Of a stretch of 64,000 nt of DNA, positions 59,241 to 64,000 are shown piece after piece. This DNA comes from Candidatus Dormiibacterota bacterium (GTDB lineage Bacteria; Chloroflexota; Dormibacteria; Dormibacterales; Dormibacteraceae), in NCBI GenBank assembly GCA_035717165.1, contig DASTIX010000014.1, positions 503-64,502 of the forward strand, written 5' to 3'. The position numbers were made by a program, and so were the translations under genes. Positions within the stretch are counted from its first letter, which is position 1, and every line of letters begins with the position of its first letter. The notes below the pieces were generated by a model, which was not told the origin of the DNA, made no database searches, and was given only the letters and a program-made list of their open reading frames with translations.

Positions 59241-60629
59241 CTACTTTTCTACGGGCCTGTCGGCGACCTGCACCCCCATCTCTTTGAGTCGCGCGCGCAG
59301 CTCGTCCGCGCGGGCGAAGTCTTTGGCCGCGCGCGCGCCGTCGCGCTGAGCGATAAGGTCTTCGGCGCCGGGCGGCAGCTCACGCGTACCTGGGGTGCGG
59401 TCGAGGTCGAGCGCGAGCACCCGGTCCCATGCGAGGAGGGTCGCGGCTTTCGCTGCAGGTTCCACGTCGGCACGCGCCAGCTCCGCGACAAGCGCCATCG
59501 CCGCGGGAAAGTCGAGGTCGTCCGCGATGGCCGCGCGAAACCGTGCGTCCCAATCCGCCGCGATGGCGTGCGACTCGCTCGACCATTCGGCGACCTTCTC
59601 GCGCAGCTGGCGCAGCGCCCTGTCCGCGCCCGTCAAACCTTCGAGGCTGAAGTTGAGCGGTGCTCGGTATTTCGCCTGCAGCGCGAGGTAGCGAAACGCG
59701 AGCGGATCGATGCCGCGCTCCTCGAGCTCGGTGACGCGGAAGAAATTGCCCGCGGATTTCGCCATGCGCGTGCCCGACAGCATCAAGAGGCCGCCGTGCA
59801 TCCAGATGCTCACGACCTGATGGCCCGTCGCCGCTTCCGACTGTGCGATCTCCGCCTCGTGGTGCGGAAAAACGTTGTCGGCTCCCCCCGTGTGGATGTC
59901 GAAACGATCGCCGAGCAGCGACAGCGACATCGCCGAGCACTCGATGTGCCAGCCGGGATACCCCGGTCCCCACGGGCTCGGCCAGACCTGGAGGCGATGT
60001 TCACCAGCTGCCTTCCACAGCGTGAAGTCGCCCGGGTGTCGCTTGCGAGGATCGGGTTCGCCGCGCACGCCGCTGAGAAGGCTCTCGGTCGTGTTGCCCG
60101 AAAGCCGGCCGTAGCGCGGAAAGGTGGTGATGTCGTAGTAGACGGTGCCGTCGACCTCGTACGCATTGCCTTTGGCGATCAGGCTCTCGATGATCTCGAT
60201 CATCTTGGGGACGTACTCGGTGGCACGCGGATAGACGTCCGCGCGGCGAATGTTCAGCCGATCGAGGTCGCCGAGGAATGCCTCGGTGTAGTGAGCGGCG
60301 ATCTCCTCCGGTGACTTCTTCTCCAGACGCGCGGCGACCAGCATCTTGTCTTCGCCTCGGTCGAACGTGTCGTCGGTGAGGTGACCGACGTCGGTGATGT
60401 TCATCACCTGCTCGACCTCGTAGCCGAGGTACTCGAGGGAGCGACGCAGAAGGTCCGGGATCATGAACGTGCGCAGGTTGCCTATGTGCGCGTAGCGATA
60501 GACCGTGGGTCCGCACGAGTAGACGCGGACCTTGCCGTCTTCCAGTGGGCGCAGCTGTTCCTTGCGGCGCGTGAAGGTGTTGTAGAGCCGTACCGGTGGC
60601 AGATCCATCTCCATCTCTATCTTGGTCAT
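59241..60629 (-). CDS. cysS: cysteine--tRNA ligase
   Basis: HIGH-type motif AHIGNLRT and KMSKS-type motif RMAKSAGN. 462 aa. Confidence 0.95.
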   Translation of the reverse strand: MTKIEMEMDLPPVRLYNTFTRRKEQLRPLEDGKVRVYSCGPTVYRYAHIGNLRTFMIPDLLRRSLEYLGYEVEQVMNITDVGHLTDDTFDRGEDKMLVAARLEKKSPEEIAAHYTEAFLGDLDRLNIRRADVYPRATEYVPKMIEIIESLIAKGNAYEVDGTVYYDITTFPRYGRLSGNTTESLLSGVRGEPDPRKRHPGDFTLWKAAGEHRLQVWPSPWGPGYPGWHIECSAMSLSLLGDRFDIHTGGADNVFPHHEAEIAQSEAATGHQVVSIWMHGGLLMLSGTRMAKSAGNFFRVTELEERGIDPLAFRYLALQAKYRAPLNFSLEGLTGADRALRQLREKVAEWSSESHAIAADWDARFRAAIADDLDFPAAMALVAELARADVEPAAKAATLLAWDRVLALDLDRTPGTRELPPGAEDLIAQRDGARAAKDFARADELRARLKEMGVQVADRPVEK

Positions 60630-60632
60630 TTA

Positions 60633-61625
60633 GTGCGCGCGATTCGGCTCGACGGTAGGACGGCCACGGTCGATGACATAAAAGGACGCGTGCTCGTCCA
60701 CGACCTCGGACCCAATCTGCGCAAGGGCGCCGTCCTCGGTGAGGGCGACCTCGAGCGGGTCCGCGCGGGTGGTGAGGTCCATCTCGTTGAGCTGGAATCG
60801 GGCGACCTGCACGAGGACGAGGCGGCGCGCCGGCTGGCGGTGGCGCTTGGAGGACCGGGCCTCGAGCCGACCAAGCCTGTGCAGAGCCAGGCCCGGCTGC
60901 TGTCTCGCCATCGCGGGCTGCTGCGCGTGCGGGCCGACGTGGTCGATGCGATCAATGCGCTCGGCTACATCTCCGCATTCACGCTCATGGATGGGCAGGC
61001 CGTGGCCGAAGGCGAAGAGGTGGCGGGCTGCAAAGTCACGCCGGTCGCTGTGCCGGGCGCGCTGATCGAGCAGGCCGAGCGCCTGTGTCGCGAGCGCGGT
61101 CCGGCCGTCGAGCTCTTGGCTTTTCGGCCGCTGAAGACGTTTGTCGTCGCGACAGAACGGCTCAAGCCCAAAGCGCGCGAGCTGTTCCGGGCCGCGGTCA
61201 CCTCGAAGCTCGGCTGGTACGGTGCGGAGGTCATCGCCGTGCGCGAGGTCGCGCGCACGAGCGGCGCCGTGTCCGCGGCTTATCACGAGGCGATGGACGA
61301 CGGAGCCGAGCTGGTGCTCTTCGCCGGCGCCTCGGCGATCGATCCCCTCGATCCCGCGTACGCGGAGCTCGAGGGTGCGGGCGGCAAGCTGCTGCAGCTC
61401 GGCGCGCCGATGCACCCGGGCAGCATGCTCTGGCTCGGCCGTCTCGACCACGCGGCAGTCGTCGGCGTGGCGTCGTGCGCGGGCTTCAGCCGCAACACCT
61501 CTCTCGATCTCCTGCTCCCATTTGTCTTCGCGTATGGGCGCGCGGACGCGGGCGACCTGCTCCGTCTCGGCCATGGAGGACTGATCGAGTCGGCGGCCGG
61601 GAGGCGCTTTCCCCCCTACTCGTGA
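60633..61625 (+). CDS. molybdopterin-binding (MoCF biosynthesis/MoeA-like) domain protein
   Basis: From GTG 60633: VRAIRLDGRTATVDDIKGRVLVHDLG...ELVLFAGASAIDPLDP...GAPMHPGSMLWLG. Only 3 nt from the divergent cysS ATG. Confidence 0.55.
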   Translation: MRAIRLDGRTATVDDIKGRVLVHDLGPNLRKGAVLGEGDLERVRAGGEVHLVELESGDLHEDEAARRLAVALGGPGLEPTKPVQSQARLLSRHRGLLRVRADVVDAINALGYISAFTLMDGQAVAEGEEVAGCKVTPVAVPGALIEQAERLCRERGPAVELLAFRPLKTFVVATERLKPKARELFRAAVTSKLGWYGAEVIAVREVARTSGAVSAAYHEAMDDGAELVLFAGASAIDPLDPAYAELEGAGGKLLQLGAPMHPGSMLWLGRLDHAAVVGVASCAGFSRNTSLDLLLPFVFAYGRADAGDLLRLGHGGLIESAAGRRFPPYS

Positions 61626-62008
61626 GCGATCTGCGGCATGGTCAGCTCCGGCCATCCGTCATCGCTCATCGCGTGGAGGAAGCGGTCGACTTCGGCCACG
61701 AGCGGCGCCAGGTGAACGCCGCGGTGCGCGGGCAGATATGGCTGCAGATAGCCGGCGCCGCTGCGCCATTTGTTGACCGCGCCGCGCCGGTTGTGGCGGG
61801 TGTAGTGCAGGCACCCGGCCGCGATCTGGATCAGCCCCTTGAAAAAACCCGACTCACGTCCCTTGCGATCGGGCGTCCACTCTTCCTCCCAGATTTCGTG
61901 GGCTTCCCAGTAAAGGCCGCTGTTGAACAGCTCGATGCCCCGCAATAATCGCGGCGTGGACGAGGCCCGCTCCGAGTATTCGCGCGTCAACCTGTCGTCC
62001 GACCCCAT
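61616..62008 (-). CDS. DUF309-domain protein
   Basis: GIELFNSGLYWEAHEIWEEEW...GLIQIAAGCLH. TTG 61945 is a possible shorter start. Confidence 0.7.
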   Translation of the reverse strand: MGSDDRLTREYSERASSTPRLLRGIELFNSGLYWEAHEIWEEEWTPDRKGRESGFFKGLIQIAAGCLHYTRHNRRGAVNKWRSGAGYLQPYLPAHRGVHLAPLVAEVDRFLHAMSDDGWPELTMPQIAHE

Positions 62009-63344
62009 CTATCGATACCTTCGCATCACGCGCGGCGGGCCGGATGGAGTGGCGGGCGACGCCTCCGAGCAGGATCTCATCGACGCCGCGTGGCTGCAGC
62101 GCCTGCGCCGCATCCATCAGCTGCAGAGCGCGTGGTGGGTTTTCGCGACTGCGGAGCACTCGCGGTTCCAGCACGCGCTCGGCGCGATGCACCTGGCGGG
62201 CGAGTGGACGCGGCATCTCTACCCTTCGCTGAAGGCGGTCGCGCCTGGCTTGCCGTCGCCGCAGCTCGTCGAGGAGACGATGCGGATGGCCGGCTTGCTG
62301 CACGACGTCGGTCACGGGCCCTTCGGCCATTTCTTCGACGAGAACTACCTCGACACGTGGCACATCGACCATGAGGTCATCGGCCGCGAGCTGATAACCG
62401 GAGCGCTTGCCGATCTGCTCGGCGAGCTCGGTGCGTCCCCCGCCGCGGACTTCGAACCCGGCGAGCGAATCGATCCTCGCTGGGTGGCCTACCTCATCTC
62501 TTCGCGCGAGCTCGGCACCTTCGATCCTCCCGATTGGGTTCGCCTGCTCCGACCGGCTCTCGTGGGCGCGTTCTCGGCCGACAACATGGACTACGTCCCT
62601 CGCGATTCCTATATATGTGGCGTGTCGGCCGGACCGGTCGACGTGCAGCGCATCGTCCATTACTCCTTCATCTCCGACCGCGGCCTGACCCTGCACTCGC
62701 ACGCCGCCGAGGCGCTCTACATGTTCCTCAACTCGCGCCTCTACCTCTATCACCAGGTGTACTTCCACCGAACCGTGCGGCGCATCGACCTGCAGCTGCG
62801 TGAGGTGTTTCGACCGACACTCGAGGTGTTGCTCGGCGGCAATCCGCTCGAGCATCTCGATCGCTATCTGACTCTGACGGAGTGGTCGCTGCTTTCCGAC
62901 GTGGATCGGTGGGCGCGCGGCGATGGAGACGGACAGCTACGTGAGCTCGGTCGCGCATGGGCCGACGTGGTCGCGCGGAAGCTCAAGTGGAAGCTGATCT
63001 ATCAGGGCCACACCGATGCGCGGGACATCCCGAACTTCGCCTTGACCGCCACGCGTGAGCAGTTCGCCGCGCAGATCCGCGCGCGGCTGCCAGCGTCGTT
63101 GCGAGGCATCGTGTTCGAGGTCGACGTCGCGGCGCAGGAGTCGCGCGCCTTCAACCCGATGACCGAGACGGCCGACATCCTCTTCTACGAGCCGCTCGAA
63201 GACCGTTACCGGCAGAGCCGCGTCCTCGACCTGTTCAAGCGCCTGCCGGTGCGGATGGCGCTGTTCCGGATTTTTGCCCATGACGAGGCGCACCGGGCCG
63301 AGCTGATCAAGGCAGCGAACGAAGTGCTCGGCCTCAGCGGCTAG
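61923..63344 (+). CDS. HD-domain metal-dependent (dNTP-triphosphohydrolase-like) phosphohydrolase
   Basis: LQRLRRIHQL...AEHSRFQHALGAMHLA...LLHDVGHGPFGHFFD. GTG 61956 is the latest plausible start. Confidence 0.8.
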   Translation: MNSSMPRNNRGVDEARSEYSRVNLSSDPIYRYLRITRGGPDGVAGDASEQDLIDAAWLQRLRRIHQLQSAWWVFATAEHSRFQHALGAMHLAGEWTRHLYPSLKAVAPGLPSPQLVEETMRMAGLLHDVGHGPFGHFFDENYLDTWHIDHEVIGRELITGALADLLGELGASPAADFEPGERIDPRWVAYLISSRELGTFDPPDWVRLLRPALVGAFSADNMDYVPRDSYICGVSAGPVDVQRIVHYSFISDRGLTLHSHAAEALYMFLNSRLYLYHQVYFHRTVRRIDLQLREVFRPTLEVLLGGNPLEHLDRYLTLTEWSLLSDVDRWARGDGDGQLRELGRAWADVVARKLKWKLIYQGHTDARDIPNFALTATREQFAAQIRARLPASLRGIVFEVDVAAQESRAFNPMTETADILFYEPLEDRYRQSRVLDLFKRLPVRMALFRIFAHDEAHRAELIKAANEVLGLSG

Positions 63345-63346
63345 CG

Positions 63347-64000
63347 GTGGTTCTCAAACCGGGCCTGCAAGGCATCGTCTTCGCACTGCCCGGGATGTTG
63401 CTGTCCGGCTTCTTCCTGATGATCGCGGTTGCCGGCGCGGCAACGGGGATGCCGGTGTCAGTTGCCCTGCCGGTGGCCGGCATCGCGGTTGTGTTGGGCG
63501 TGTTGTGGGTGCCGGTCATTGTCTATCTCGCCGGCACGCGCCTGACCGTGAGTGCGGACCAACTCGAGATGCGCCAGGCATTTGGCTTTCGGGTGAAGCG
63601 AATTCGGCGTACACAGATCGCCCGGGTCGACCGGTCCGACGCCAGCGTCGGCTCCGACGGTGGGGAATGGCCGGGAATCCCGGTCGCCTACTACGACATC
63701 ATCAGCCGCGGCGGCAAGCGATGGGCACGGCTGAGGACGTGGGTATGGTCGCGAAGCGAATGCGAGAGCCTTCGCTCCGAGTTGCATCACCCCGACAGCG
63801 GCTCGGCGACCGCTACGTCTTTCACCTGGCCGGAATCTCGTGTAGTCGGCGCCAGCCCTGCCGCGCCGATCGCCGTCCCGAGCCGTGGACCAGGGCCTCG
63901 AACGACGGGCTCTGTCGACGAGGGATTCGTGAGCTTCCTGCAGTCGGCGGGATGTGTCGTGCAAGGGGTGAGCATGCTCATCGGCTTCGGGGTCGCCGCG
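63347..64000 (+). CDS. partial membrane protein with a bacterial-PH-like segment (runs off the right edge)
   Basis: Own translation from GTG 63347: VVLKPGLQGIVFALPGMLLSGFFLMIAVAG...VVLGVLWVPVIVYLAGTRLTVSADQLEMRQAFGFRVKRIRRTQIARVD..., open to nt 64000. Confidence 0.4.
   Translation, partial: MVLKPGLQGIVFALPGMLLSGFFLMIAVAGAATGMPVSVALPVAGIAVVLGVLWVPVIVYLAGTRLTVSADQLEMRQAFGFRVKRIRRTQIARVDRSDASVGSDGGEWPGIPVAYYDIISRGGKRWARLRTWVWSRSECESLRSELHHPDSGSATATSFTWPESRVVGASPAAPIAVPSRGPGPRTTGSVDEGFVSFLQSAGCVVQGVSMLIGFGVAA

Overview
High-GC (roughly two-thirds G+C by eye, not computed), very gene-dense bacterial chromosomal segment. I call about 60 protein-coding genes on both strands. Many same-strand neighbours are joined by 1-4 nt start/stop overlaps, and many divergent pairs are less than 35 nt apart. 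I recognised no rRNA, tRNA, CRISPR array, transposase or integrase. Every family assignment comes from reading motifs in the supplied translations; nothing was searched.

Content by region:
- 0.4-12.5 kb: cell-envelope block with a kinase-fold protein, a CAP-domain protein, two class-A PBPs, otsA, yggT and a DUF1906-type secreted protein.
- 13-18 kb: signalling block with an ECF sigma factor, a GAF-GGDEF cyclase, and a GAF histidine kinase with a NarL-type regulator.
- 20.9-28.4 kb: minus-strand operon encoding a nucleotidyltransferase-fold protein, a 1170-aa GT2::GT-C fusion, a B12-binding radical SAM enzyme, a beta-propeller lipoprotein and DoxX. This is the most unusual part of the window and my best candidate for an undescribed envelope-glycan system.
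- 28.5-33.2 kb: pruA, a crotonase, GT87, GNAT and LysE.
- 33.2-38.9 kb: five-gene operon in which every junction overlaps. It encodes a CDF with a triplicated cytoplasmic domain, a double GNAT, a sedolisin, a PrsW-like zinc-ribbon membrane protein and a zinc-ribbon anchored protein.
- 38.9-50.9 kb: ion-homeostasis and housekeeping genes (Hsp20, RCK K+ channel, fumC, Ppx/GppA, CzcD-like CDF, CPA antiporter, acyl-CoA synthetase, greA).
- 51.2-54.6 kb: orphan tadE-tadE-tadG module with a 743-aa Cys-rich TadG.
- 54.7-58.1 kb: mrfA/mrfB-like helicase-exonuclease pair.
- 58.0-64.0 kb: second ECF sigma factor with a membrane partner, then cysS, a MoCF-binding protein, DUF309 and an HD hydrolase.

Smaller signals: a 60-nt palindrome-containing element present twice, a conserved terminator element shared by two paralogous loci, three genes whose conserved N-termini lack a canonical start codon, and ECF-like promoter motifs. 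The source organism is probably a high-GC Terrabacteria lineage (Actinomycetota/Chloroflexota-like); this is inference only.
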